Shown here: positions 36,101 through 48,798 of the stretch, piece by piece
Layout of the letters: each line of letters starts with the position of its first letter
Numbering within the stretch: the stretch's first letter is position 1
Origin: Selaginella moellendorffii
Lineage: Eukaryota; Plantae; Lycopodiophyta
DNA: 64,000 nt
Direction: 5' to 3'
Assembly: GCF_000143415.4 (NCBI RefSeq)
Contig: NW_003314365.1
Location: 1-64,000, forward strand
Program-made: the position numbers and the translations under genes
The notes under the pieces: generated by a model
Seen by the model: the letters and a program-made list of their open reading frames with translations, nothing else
What the model was told of the DNA's origin: nothing
Database searches by the model: none

Positions 36101-39100
36101 CTTTTGCTGTGGCATGTCAGAGAGGTATTGCTTCGGCCCACTTGGTAGTGTAATCGGTGGTGATGATGATGTACTGATTTCCTTGACGGGTGCTGACTTG
36201 GGGTCCGACGAAGTCGAGTCCCCATTTCTGAAATGGTGCCATTGGGAATGTTGGGTTGAGTTGTTGAGTCTGAGTTTTTTGGCAGTAATCGGTGTCAATG
36301 ACATGTGTCGCAGAATTTGTAGAATTCTTCAGTGTCATGCCAGAGTGTCGGCCACCAGAGGCCGGCTTGAAGAATCTTCCGAGTTGTGGTGTCAGTGGTG
36401 AAGTGTCCACCGGAAGGTCCATTGTGAGCTTCCTTGATGATTTGAGTTGTGCTTGGCGGCTTGATGCATCGGCGAAGAATGTTGTCAATTCCTAGTTTGT
36501 AGAGCGTGCCTCTGATGACTGAGTATCGTCGGGTTTTAGCAACAAAAGTCTTCTTTTGGTCGGACATAGTGTACTGATCTGGAACTTTTGCTGAGTTCAG
36601 GTAACTGAAGACGTCGTCAAGCCAGGTTGCTGGTATTGAAACTCGGAATAGGTTTGAGTCAGGTAAGTCATCAGTAAGTCTTTCGGGTTTGTCGCTGGTG
36701 GTGATCCAGCTGAGATAATCTGCTTGCTCGTGATTTTTGCTGGGTTTGTGGATGATCTCGAAGTTGTATTCTTGTAGTAAAAGGAACCATCTTAATATTC
36801 GACCAGATAGTATCGGCTTGTTGATGAGGTAAAGGAGTGCCTTGTGGTTGACAAAAAGGACAACTTTGGTTGACAGTATGTAGTGTCGGAACTTTTGAAG
36901 TGAGTAGATCATGCCGAGAGCTTCTTTCTTGGTGGTGGTGTAATTTCGTTCAGCTGGGTTGAGTAGTCAGCTGGCATAGTAGATTGGTTGATCTCGGTTG
37001 TCATGTTGAGTTTGGCTGAGAATTGCACTAGTGACAATGTCAGAAGTGTCGACATGAATGTGGAACTTTTGTGTCCAGTTGGGCTTGGAAAGGATTGATG
37101 CTGTTGTTAGTTTGAGTCAGAAATTGTCGAATGCTTGTTGCTATTCAAACGTCCATGTCCATTGGGCATCTTGCTTCAGTCCATTGGTGAGTGGTTTGGC
37201 AATGTGAGCGTACTTGTGGATGAATCATCGGTGATATCCGACTTTGCCAAGGAAGCGCTGAAGTTCTTTGTCGGGGTTGAGTGCAATGTCTTTGTTCTCC
37301 TCGCACTTGTTGAGGCATTTCTCCAGGCATTCAAGATGTCGATCTTCCGAGCTGAAAACGCTGAAGTTGTCCATGAAGACTCTCATGAAGTCAGTGAGGT
37401 ATTCTCGGAAAGTGTTGGTGATGAGCCTTTGGAAGGTGAATGGGGCGTTGTAGAGTCCAAAAGGCATTCGTCGGTAAGCATAGGCTCCCCATGGACTGAT
37501 GAATGCTGTCTTGTGCTGATCTTCGGCAATGTAAATTTGGTTGTAGCCAGAGAAACCATCGAGGAAGGAGTACATCTCGTGTCCAATGACTGCGTCAAGA
37601 ACTTCGTTGGTAAATGGTATCGGGAAAACATCTTTTTCAGTGGCGTCGTTGAGCTGTTTATAGTTGACGCAGATTCGAAGTTTGCCATTTTTCTTCGGCA
37701 CAACCACCAATGGTGAAAGCCAAATCGAATTCTGAATCGGGTAGATGTACTCGACTTGGAGAAGCTTGTCGAGTTCTTTCTTTACTTGTTCCATCAGATT
37801 CAGATTCATCCAGTAGGCTGCTTGTCTTCTTGGTTTTGAGTCTGGAAGAAGGGTGATGGTGTGAAGGCTGAGTTTTGGTGAAATTCCCTTAAGGTCTCGA
37901 TAACTCCAAGCGAACAAGTGTTTCTTCTTTCGGAGAAGATTGATGCCTTTGTCTCGAAAACTTGCCGAGATGTCGGTGGCCGAGTACAATGTAGTGTTCG
38001 TTGCCGTCATTGGCAAGGCTGAATTATTCGAGTTTTTGGTCAGCTGGAATTGACGGAATGTAGGCAACTTTGTTGTGGTTGTCGACTGTGAATGCCGGTG
38101 GCGCTTCGAGTTTTGTATCTCGAGTGACTGGATTTTTCAGTGCTGATGTAATCGGGGGTCGTTCTCGTTGGAAGTCGGCGACAATTCAGAAGAGGTCGAT
38201 CTCGGCCAAAGGTTCGAGATCGGGGTAGGCTTTGAGAATTTGTTGTTCTTCATAGTCGTTGAGGCCATCTTCGAGATTATATTCTTCCAAGTCAATAGAT
38301 CAATTGTGGCTGGACAGCGATTTGGTTGCTTTTGTCGACACAGTCTTCGGTCCGTCTGGTCCGCGAAGGATAAGATTGTCATTGGGCCAATCTTGATAAA
38401 CTTGGGCAGTTCGGAGCCAAGGTCGACCGAGGAGAATCGAGTATTTATCGGTCTGCTCTGGTAGTTTGAGGACGACATAGTTGACTGGTATTTCGACACC
38501 TTGAATGGTGGTGTTGACTTTTCGGATGATGCCTTTGGGTTGAATAGATTAGTGGTTGGCCATTCAGACATTGAAAGGTGCTAGGTGGACTGGGCTGATG
38601 TTGAGTTGTTGAACAAGACTTTCTTCAATAATATTAACGCTAGAGCCGCCGTCAATTATGGCTCCTCGAACAAGGTGTTTGTCGAGTCGTAGGTCAATTG
38701 TCAGAACATCATTGTCACAATCGCCTGGTTGAATCTCGGTTCGAAATGTGTCAACAGCTGTCTGTGTTGAGTTGAGTGTGGGCGAGTCTGTCAAAGTGTT
38801 GGTTGGTGCAGATGTTAGATCGGTGAGCTGTTTGGTGAGGTAGGGTGCAATCTTCAGCAGTTGGCTGATGGTGATCTGAATATTTTGGTTGAGGATAGTC
38901 TCTGCTACTTCTTGGATTTTGTCGAAGTTTGCCGAATTGTGTTCTGGTGTCAGTGTCGATGTTGGACGATTTGTCTGTCGGTTTTCTGGTACTGAGTCTT
39001 GGCATTGTTGTCGAGCTGGTGATGGTTGAGCTTCATTGTCAGAGTCTAAAATCACTAATTCAGGTGGTTGTAGAGCGAGTTGCCGTTGTATCTTGGCAGC

Positions 39101-42100
39101 TAACTTCTGCTTCTTTTCCCATTCCCGGAGTTTTGTTGGGCTCTTAGGGCCTTTCTCTTTACTATCTCCGGAATCTCTATCTGGTTGTTGTTGTTTTTCT
39201 GCTCGAATTTGTGCTCGGGTTTATACTGCCATGACTTGAGGATCTGAGTCATCATTGTCGGCATAAGGTAGTTCGTCGGTCTCGACCATCCTTGTTGTTG
39301 GTGGTTGCTGCTGGTTTTGATCTTGTTGTCGAGGAGGCGGTGGACCAAGTCTCGGCGGACCGCCTTGGTTTTGAAGTCGAGGTTGCCATGGTCGGTTGTT
39401 ATAGTTGCCTTGGTAGCCGTGGTCTTGATAACCTTGGCCTTGGTATCTTCGGTTTTGGTATCTTGGGTATTGTTGGTATCCTTGGTTGTAGTTGTCTCGG
39501 TTTGCTGGGTAGTTCCAGTTCAGCGGGTGTTGTTGATCGTTGTAGTTGTTGTTGTAGTTGTTGTTGTAATTGTTGTAGATGTTGTAGTGAGGTTGATCAT
39601 TCCATTGTCAACTCTGGTGTTGGAAGTTGTTTCTCAGCGGTCTCCAGTTTGTCGGAGGTGGTGGATGGTAATTGTCAAAATTTTGATTTAGATATGGTTG
39701 TCGAAATTGCTGTTGGGGATAGTTCGAGACTTGTCAAACTTCTGGAGAATTTCAAAATCTGCAAGTTTTGGCATCATGACCTTCTTTGGTACAGATCTGG
39801 CATTTGGAGATTTGGAGCTTGCAGTCACTTGCCGGATGTCCTTCGTTTTTGCACTTAGTACACCAAATTCCAGATCGAAATTCTTTGATGTCGGCCTTGG
39901 ATTTTCCCTTGAGCTTGTTGATTGTTTTCTTGAGTTTCCGAAGTTTTGACTTGGTGCTCTCTCCAAGTTCATCGTCGGAGTTGTCGTCGGAACAGCTATC
40001 AGAATCTGAGTTATCTGTGTCATCTACTTGTGCTGTCATTTGTCGAGCTTGAACATCTTGAAGGGCTCTTGCGAGTTCGAGATAAGTGGCAATGTTGATG
40101 TGTGTTGCCGCTTCTCGGAGGGATCGTTAGAGTCCTTGCATGTACCATTGGTAAAGCAATGTTTTGGTGGCACTGTTGCCGCATTTGCTAGCATGTCAAG
40201 TGAAGGTTTGAATGTAGTTGTCGATGGATTGACCAGACTTCTACTTGAGTTTTTGGATCTTGTGAAGTCGTTGGCTTTAAGTGAGGGAAGACTTGAATCG
40301 GTCTACGAGCTTGAGTGCGAGGTCGTCAAAACTTGTATTTTGAGGAAGCGTTTGAGCCCATTTGTTGGCTCTCTTTCGAAAGGGTACATCAGAAATAGTA
40401 TGGAAGTTCAGTCGTCTGGCTGCTGATTCGGATTGCTTCTCGGAACTGTTCAACATGTTTCTTGGCATCTTCTGACTTCAGACCATGAAATAGTGGATAG
40501 GAGACGTGTCTTCCAACAGGTATGTTGGCGACGGCGGTAGTGACTGCCATTTGCTAATGATATTTTTGTAGATAAAGGTTGCTGTTGTTTTCGCTGTGGC
40601 ATGTCGAAGAGGTATTGCTTCGGCCCACTTGGTAGGGTAATTGGTGGTGATGATGATGTACGAATTTCATCGACGGGTGCTGACTTGGGGTCCGGCGAAG
40701 TCAAGTCCCCATTTTTAGAATGGTGCCATTGGGAATGTTGGGTTGAGTTGTTGAGTCTGAGTTTTTGGCGATAATCGGTGTCATTGACAGGTGTCGCAGC
40801 GTTTGCAGTAGTCTTTATTTTCATGCCAGAGTGTCGGCCACCAGAGGCTGGTTTGAAGAATCTTCCGAGTTGTGGTGTCAGAGGCAAAGTTGTTCTTCTA
40901 AATTGTCAAAGAGTTCTTCGAATGTATAGTTGTGTGGTGATTGTGGTTGCTGTGGAAGATTGTTGCTGTCGTCGACGATTGGTTCGTCGATCTCGTTGTT
41001 GTTGGATGATTGGAGCTGTTCGGCAGTTTGGTGTGAGTTGTTGACGTCAAGTGCTTGACTATTGGACAATTCAGGTTGTTCATCTTTACTGCTGTTGACT
41101 TGGTATATCGGAGTGCGACTGTAATTGGTGAAGTCAAGTTGTTGTCTCGTCAGCGCGTTGAAGTTGAAAGCGTGTTCGAAAGGTCTTGTTGATAGTGGGC
41201 TTCAGTAGATGTTGGAAGCAAATGTGGGATATATTGGTGTTGTGAATATCGGTCAGTATGGCGAAAATGGTGCTGGTCTGGTGAAGTCTGTGAAGCTGGG
41301 CGGGAAACTTGGTCATTCGTCATCATTGTAAATGGGGTTGGTGGATGTACCTTTGAAGTGGTTGTATGCTGCTTGAAAAATGTTTTGTTGCTCGGGTGTA
41401 GTCTGTGTCGACTGCTCAAATGTTCGGTCGGGCTCAGGCACTTTGGTGGGTGCCGTCGAGGGTGTTGATTCAGGCTTGGGCACTTTGGTGGGTGCCATCG
41501 AGGGTGCTGCCAGTGGTGTGTCCAGTGGTGTTGTGTAGTCGTTGTATTCTTCGCAGATGTCCAATACTGGTTCGTCGGAGTTAGCTTGCAGTAATAATTT
41601 GTGTCGGATGTAATTCTCTCTCTTGGAGGGTCTAACAATTTGATTCAACTTCTCTTAGTCTTTCTTTCTCTTTGTTTCTAAATTCTTCAAATCTCTATCT
41701 AAACTTCGGCGGTCTTCTTCCGAGTTGCTAGATGTTCTTCGTGGTTTTGGATACATGCATTCTTCTACTGGTTGTCGGTGTCAGATTCGTGTCTGCAGTC
41801 AATCATGCAGTTTGGGCAGAACTTCGGGAAGACTGTCGTCGGGCCAATTGTGGATAAAGTCGTTGTGAGGTTGTTATTTCTTTTCTGTGCAAATATTGAC
41901 GGTGGTGCGTGTTGGGTTGGGTTGTGTTCAGCCGAGTTGTGTTGGGTCGAGTGTGCTGGTGCAGTATGCAGACTTGTCTTCCACTTGCTGGTGCCGAGAT
42001 GGAGTTTGATGAAGAATTTCGGATATTTGGGTTTGTCTGGAATGATTTCTTTGATAATGTCGTCGAGTTGTTCGAGTCCGGATTGGGCGATGGCGTGATT

Positions 42101-42536
42101 GGCGAGAGTTGTTGCAGCGAACGTGTTGATTTTGAACCGAGTTCGGACTGTTGTTTTGGTGCTGAGCTGCTGACTCTATCGGAGGGGTTGTTGAAAAATT
42201 GGTGGTGCGTTGTCAAGTTGTCCCTCGACAAGTTCTCTGGTACTGGGTAATAGAGTGATGGGTTCATCGTTGGTGTAGGTTCTGNNNNNNNNNNNNNNNN
42301 NNNNNNNNNNNNNNNNNNNNNNNNNNNNNNNNNNNNNNNNNNNNNNNNNNNNNNNNNNNNNNNNNNNNNNNNNNNNNNNNNNNNNNNNNNNNNNNNNNNN
42401 NNNNNNNNNNNNNNNNTTGAGGTCTCGAGCTTGGAGTGGGTGGTCTTGTGCTCGGAGATGGAGTTCGCCAATGAAGCTGTTGAGGGCGTTCCGTTGATGA
42501 AGGGGCTGGTAGATTGGAGTTTCTTGTCAAAGAGGG
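33171..42536 (-). mobile_element. Ty3/gypsy copy B (3' LTR, extra ORF, pol, gag; 5' end deleted)
   Basis: 3' LTR at 33171-33417 preceded by CGATG. RNase H/integrase ORF 36295..36912 (AHNGPSGGHF..CDTC), RT 37225..38067, two CCHC knuckles in 39752..40039. Fused to a PPR fragment at ~42537. Confidence 0.92.
33418..33429 (-). promoter_or_regulatory. Polypurine tract (also 43958-43969 and 61100-61111)
   Basis: Minus-strand AGGGGAGCAGAG immediately before the TG that starts the 3' LTR. Confidence 0.85.
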
Positions 42537-45240
42537 CATAGAAAGGTATGGAAAGTGCGGGCGCTGGAAATCTTCCAGAAGATGAAAGATCGAGGTTCTT
42601 TCTCGTGGAAGATTGCGATCGCGGCATTTGCCCTTGTTACTCTTTTTCGAGCATCCAGTTATTTCTCTTGGCAGCTATCAATGCCGATCCGGGGGAGATC
42701 CACGCGCTAATCATCGCCGCGTTACGGTGCTCCGTTGGCGAGCATGCCATCGCCGAGATCTTCTTCTGCCAAGAACTGGACAGACACTTGCATCGGGTGG
42801 AACCAGGGCATTGCCGTGTGAGCTCGAGACTGGCATCCCAGCCTGATCGGCGCCACATCCCAATCGCCGCCCCAAGCTCCAATTACTACAACGACAAGCC
42901 AAAGATGGTGACGGTGTTATTGTCTCAGCTCCAGGATTGCGAGGAGATCAGACAGCAGGGGTATGGCCTCCTCCAAAGGCCGTGGTTGATTTACCCTCCA
43001 GCAGTAGTCTTTCAACCAGGCCTGGAGCGGGCCTTCTGCCAACTTAAGTCGAGGTTCCTGGTGTTTCTCACCATGTGTTTCTCACCTGGATCTCCGCCAC
43101 ATCGCCATTGATAGCTGCAAGAATTCGATCGACGAGCATTTGCTGGGCAAATGCGTTCCAGAAGAAAACATTTCCATCTTCCATTTTGTGGAGGACACCC
43201 AAGGCATCCACGGCGCACCCGCACTTTCCATACATTTCCATGATGAAATTCGCGAGGAATCTATGACGATCAGAGCAGCGTCTCCTCCTCGTCGTCAAGA
43301 ACAATGCGATGGAACCATTCATTAACTACAGGTAAGCTTCGTCAAAATAGCAAATGTCGCAAGGACAGCGATAGCAGAGGTGACGCTGCCACCATTGGGC
43401 GACCTGGATAACGATACGCTGCTCTGCACTTTTGCTCGCATTCCAACAAGGAAGTTCCTCACCCGAGCAGTGCTTGTCTGCTGCGCTTGACTGGATGATC
43501 CGGACTGGCTCAAACCAAGACAAGCCTTCAAACAATACCTCGCAAAGCAAGCATCACAAGCATTGCTTTTGTGATTTAAAGCGGTATGTATATACTCTTG
43601 TCTAGATTGCTCAAGAACGCACAAGAGACTGTCTTGAGCTTCATTCCTCACCTTTGCCACCTTTCGATTTTTGCCAAGCGATGTGAAGAGGTGTGAAAAC
43701 TCCTTTTCGCTGGATAAAATGTGCCTGATTGCGCGTCCGATCACAGGAGAAGAAGCACGAGAAAAAGAATGCTGTGTATTAATAAGAAAAACAATGGAAT
43801 GGCGATAGGTATCCACAATTCAGATTCCCCTTTTTGAAAGGTTAGTAGTTCTAACTGCTAGCATATACTATATGGTGTGCATGATTTAATCTATGGCTCT
43901 GATGCAGCCCTGGGTTCAAAGTCGGAGTCCCTTGAGCCTGGGTTTTTGGTTGATACACTCTACTCCCCTGACAGAACTAGACACCATCCTCGGTGTGAAC
44001 ATAGTCAATTTCCATTGCTTGTTGTTGCTGTTGCTCAAGTCGATAGAGGTGACGTTTTTGCTGCGGGAGTGTAAGCTCATGGTTAGGGACACTGTCTGGT
44101 GGATCTGTCCCATCTTCCTGGAGGTCGGCTACCTCAGCCAGTAGGGCGGTATGATCATCCTCGAGCTTTCAGTAGCCGGTGTTGAGCTCTTCGTATTTGA
44201 ATTTGTAGGTGAATTCGTGAGCTGCTGATGGGGTTGATGGCTGCTTGGAGACGATCTTCCTGATGTCCTGGAGGTCAGTGCGGATCTGCTTCATCTCTTT
44301 GAGCTGAGCTTCCAGCTGGTGGTTTAAAGGCTCATAGAATTCCTTCTTGATCGCTCCCCGGGTGTATATGAAGGAGTCTTGCTTGAGAAGATGCTGTGCA
44401 ATGTCGGCTCGTGTTGGGAAGTAGTTTGCTTGCTCGCGGTGCATGCGTTGATCGAGGGCTTCAAACAACTTGCGGGTGTAGTAGCTTGGGTCGCGAAGTT
44501 TATCTTCATACTCCTTCCTGATCTCGTCATAATCATGGCCTACCTGACTCTGTGGCTGAGGCATAGCTGCTGCTCCTACTCTTGCTCCGTGATCCTAGTG
44601 TTTCTCGCTGTGTTCTTGGTCCCGGGAGTTGAGTTTGCTTTGTTGGATATGGGTGACGTGGTCGGGCCAGATTCTTTGAGGTGGTTGGAGATGAGCTTTC
44701 AGTTTGATGGTGGATGAACAGCCCAGATGTGGCGCTGAAATTAATTTATCCGTTCGGAAATTTTTCGCTTGGAATTTTGTTGAAGGGGTGGAATTTTTGT
44801 GAATGCTGGTCGTGGTATTTGCTGGAGGAGGCATGGTTGTGTGTTCTTCAAGTGATTGGTGAAGGTAGTCAATGTTTTCTTTTGTGGAACGTGTCAAGGA
44901 GGTCGAGGCGTTGAGAATGTTGTTCTCAGCTGGTGGAGAAATTGAATTCAGGGCGAGCAGTTGACGTTTTCCTTTGGCGATGTTGATGTGTTTGTGAGAA
45001 ATTGTCGGTTTTGGGGCTGATTCATGGTTAGTCCCGACCGTTCCGAACGCCGACCGCCCGACCGCCCGACCGTGGTTATCGACCGGCTGTGAAAATGCCG
45101 AACGGCCGAATGGTTCACAAAATTTTTTTGAAAAAAAAAATATTTTTAGTAAAACCACATTAATAAAAGTAGTAAAACCAAAGCATTAAACCAAACCAAA
45201 CCAAACTAAACCAAAGCATTAGACCAAACCAAACCAACTA

Positions 45241-47576
45241 CTACTCATCTTCTTCAACATCTTTGGCAAGTCCCTTGACATCTTTGGCATCTTCCTCAAC
45301 AATCACATCTTCATTTGGAAGATCTTCTTCGGCTAAATCTTCTATACCAAGAGATTCAAGCCTAGCTTGCATCTCTACAATCCTCATCCATTGTGGTTCG
45401 ATTGCAATTGTGTCGAGATCGATCTTTAGGAACTTCATTCCTTCACTTTCAATACGATCCACCACTCTGGTGTTACTGTGTACATAAACCAACTTCTTCA
45501 AGTTCTTTGGAAGCAAGCGATTGCATCGTTTGGTTTGGATCAAGTTCCAACTACTCCAATTTCGCTCACATGGAGAAGAGCACACTCCTTGGCTCAACAC
45601 ACGAAGTGCTAACTTCCTAAGCTCAGGCATCTCATATCCATAGGATTCCCACCAAGACACTGGGAATTTCCTTTTTACTTTGCTCTTCGGCAAATCCCGA
45701 TTGATAGCTCTTCCAATTCCTCGTCGAAACATATTGAATTACTCATCTAACTTCTCTTCTAGTTGAGTGTCCCCACAGCAATAGAGTGATAAATAATCCA
45801 TCCAATCACTTCTTACCTCAGCATCCAAGTTTTGCTCAAGGTATGAAGGATTCAAAGCATGTACAGCGCTGTGCATAGAGCTATGCATCATAAACCATCG
45901 AGCTCTCCGTCTATATTGGTCTTCAACCAAGACACACTTAATTGCATCAATTTTATCTACATCAAGCTTGCCATCTTGAGCTGCAAGCTCCAATCCTTTA
46001 ATCATACGATACATTGCTTCATAAATTAATCCTGTTGTTGCGCCCTCACGATCGGCAAGACTTAACACCTTCAAAATAGGAGCTACCATAACCAATAAAG
46101 TAGAAGCATTCTTCCAAAATTCATCATTGAAAATTGTTGTACGAACATCTTTGGCATCCTTTGTGTTATACCACTTCGACGATTCAAATTCTGCACTCAC
46201 TATGAATCGTCGAAGGCACGGGAAAACATCTTCATGCTGGAGCTGGCTGACCATAAGAAAGATGTAAGCGAATCGAGTCTTTGCAGGCTTCATGAGTTCT
46301 CTAGAGCAGAACTTTCGAAATAAAGCAAGTAACATCGGCTTCTCAGTTATGAACTTCACGATCTTCTCACAGTCATTTACGATCTTAGACACCCAATCAA
46401 ACTTCCCAATATCCTCCAATAACAAGTCCAAAACATGGCACATGCATCGATTGTGTAAGATAAAGGGGAATCTTCTCTCGTATGTCCCCCATCGATACAC
46501 AATTCGAAGCATTATTAGTGATGACTTGAACAACATTTTCAACACCAACATCCAAAATGATGGGTCTAAGTTGCTCCCAAAGCCAAAGACCAGTCTTCTC
46601 TTCTCCTTTGGTGTCAACACCCTGCCAAAATACTGAGCTATGGATAGAGGTAACCATGAAATTTATGAATGATCTGCTCTTTATATCAGACCATCCATTA
46701 GTCATTATTGTACATCCAAACTGAGTCCATCCATCACGAAAGGGAGCTAACTTCTCCTTGATTAAAGTATAGTGACGAGTGAGCTGAATAGTACGAAGCT
46801 TCTTGTAACCAAGAATCCTCGATGCAGCACTAGGTCCAGCACTACAAGCGGCTGCGATCATTGCATGAAAATATGGGCTTTTCACAACATTAAATGGTAT
46901 AGCATTCAAGAAAATGAACTTTGATATTGCATCATCTAAGTTCATGTTTCTTGCATCATCAAGCATTTCCTCAATATTGCCATCTTGCATTTGCTTTCGA
47001 CCAACAAATGATCCCTCATGGCCTATATGTAAGCTCCTGAGTTTGGACTTCCCAGGAGGTCACCCAGCCCAGTACTATTCAAACCCAAGGACGCTTAACC
47101 CCAAATATCCCAAGACCCTTAACTGATTGGAAAAGGGGGTGCACTCTTGTTCATGGGCCCTTTCCCTCTATATTTGAACCCCATGGATCGTCTCTCGAGT
47201 CGTTCTCTTTGGTTGCTTACACTATAGAAGCACTCATAGGTTGAGATTGACTAACACTTTGTGTACCAGCTCCAGAAGAAGATGCCCCATCAAAATGCCT
47301 ACTCTGTAGATTTGCTACAGAAGGTAAAGACAAAGGGGCATTTGCGATTTGCTCCACAAACATTTGGCAAGCTTCGTTCTGAACATGAAGAGGAATGTTT
47401 GAAGCACTACATGCTTCAATATCATGCCCAGAAACTTTAGCAAGATGCGCCTTGATGCGTTTCGGCGGACCACCATACATTTTACCACAATAATTACATT
47501 TCCAACGCCCAGCTCCTTTGCCGGAAGCATAAGGAGTGAGCTTGGTAACATGGGACCATGCCCAATCGGGCACCAT
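45241..47576 (-). pseudogene. hAT transposase (BED zinc finger, DUF659-type core, dimerisation domain), disrupted
   Basis: WKCNYCGK..RIKAHLA (BED); GCTIMTNGWSD, VVQVITNNASN, CMCHVLDLLLEDI, KTRF; WW..YG..MPELRKLALRVLSQ..SSPCERNWS. Frameshift near 46490, stop at 45739, LTR insertion at 47028. Confidence 0.92.
47028..47221 (-). mobile_element. 194-bp solo LTR containing a 5S rRNA-like segment (Cassandra/TRIM-like)
   Basis: TGTAAGC...GCTTACA termini. 5-bp TSD CTATA (47023-47027 and 47222-47226). Minus strand 47045-47099 reads GTTAAGCGTCCTTGGGTTTGAATAGTACTGGGCTGGGTGACCTCCTGGGAAGTCC, resembling the A-box to C-box part of plant 5S rRNA. Confidence 0.85.
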
Positions 47577-47991
47577 CGCTCAATTGTGCCAGAATCGCTA
47601 CAAATCTCTACAATCAAATCTCTGGAATCACTGAATTTCTATTTTAGGGCAAAAACTTCAAGCGTCGCGGACTGGGCGATTTGATTTGCGAGGCCTCAGC
47701 GCTGCTCCACGCTCAATCGAAAGCAGAGGCAGGTACGCACGCAGCTCCTATGCCCTCCTCGCTGCAGCAGCATCAGAAATCTAGCACGATCACCATTTTT
47801 TTTGCCGAACGGAATCACCGAACGGACCTATCCGACCGTGTTCGGCCGACCGCGTTCGGCGGCAGTCAGGGTTTCGGCCGAACGCAGTCGGGATCAACCA
47901 TGGGCTGATTCAAGTGGATGCGGGCTCTGGGGTGAGTGTGGATGGTGGTGTGAGTTATCTTCATTGTCGCTGATGATGAGGTGCTCTTAGA

Positions 47992-48798
47992 TCAGCGGTG
48001 GTGGCGAAGTGGAGTTGAATTGTTGGAGTGTTTGTTGCTGGAGCTGGTGTTGTTGGAGTGAGTTGAGCCTGATTGTTGAGATGTTGGCTTCGGTTTCTTG
48101 TTGGGAGTTGCTCCTTTTGATTCTGACTGTTCTTCGGAGCTGTCACTTTGTTCTGTGGAGTTTATTTGGGTTGTCCACGGATGTTTGTTGGGAAGAGCTT
48201 GGTGTAGAGCGATTAGCAGTGGGAATATTACTGTCCACATGGTCTTTTTTTTGAGTGTGGCGAGGATGGCGCAGTCGAGAAGCTTGAGAAGGAGCTCATG
48301 GAGATGATGAGCCATGTTCACACGTTTGCCGTCAAGTAGAGCTCTGTAGACTTCTACTCTGCACTTGCCAATGGTGCAATCTATTGGGCGAAGTTCGTAG
48401 TAGAGGAGGAGGGCTTTGAGGCGATCCATATGCTGTTCCTCGATGTCCTCCCATGTGAGCTCACCGGTAATTTCTCGATTGGCCTTGATGATTTGCTGTG
48501 GAACTTCTCCTGAAAATTTGAGCAGTCCCTTGTTGGAGATTTTGAAAACGGAGGCGATTCTTGCTGGGCTGAGGGTGATTTCGTTGGTGCCGTCGGTTAT
48601 GGTGCCGTTCTTGGGGTTGAAGGAGGTGGCCAGCTTCCTCGCTAGTTTTTGATCAGGGTGTGTTGAAAAGGCCTTGTGGAGGAGCTCAAATCCATGGCCC
48701 TTGAGCCAGGTGGTTGTGTCGTTGCTGGGAAGCCTAGGAATATGGTGTATGACGTATCTGAGGTGCTGGGGTGGATGAGCTGGCATCTTTCTCTTCAT
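47992..48798 (-). CDS. Gypsy extra ORF 3' of pol (plant-mobile-domain/Athila-ORF2-like); copies at 34739-35345 and 62247-63041
   Basis: 268-aa ORF conserved in three copies (FNPKNGTI..ITLSPARIASVFKISNKG..ALLDGKRVN). Continues with frameshifts to the coiled-coil-like ORF 44169..44564. Confidence 0.6.
   Translation of the reverse strand: MKRKMPAHPPQHLRYVIHHIPRLPSNDTTTWLKGHGFELLHKAFSTHPDQKLARKLATSFNPKNGTITDGTNEITLSPARIASVFKISNKGLLKFSGEVPQQIIKANREITGELTWEDIEEQHMDRLKALLLYYELRPIDCTIGKCRVEVYRALLDGKRVNMAHHLHELLLKLLDCAILATLKKKTMWTVIFPLLIALHQALPNKHPWTTQINSTEQSDSSEEQSESKGATPNKKPKPTSQQSGSTHSNNTSSSNKHSNNSTPLRHHR

Larger units (their letters stand above)
45023..47902 (-). mobile_element. hAT DNA transposon (2880 bp)
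   Basis: 8-bp TSD GGCTGATT (45015-45022 and 47903-47910). ~16-bp imperfect TIR CATGGTT(AG/GA)TCCCGAC. Subterminal CCGA repeats. The empty site is intact near 34461 and 62158. Confidence 0.95.

Noticed and set aside
45174-45240. (AAACC)n tract as a regulatory array
   Set aside because: A simple microsatellite just downstream of the hAT transposase stop codon.
47045-47099. Functional 5S rRNA gene
   Set aside because: It is partial and diverged, lacks the 5' half and the T-run terminator, and lies within LTR termini and a TSD.
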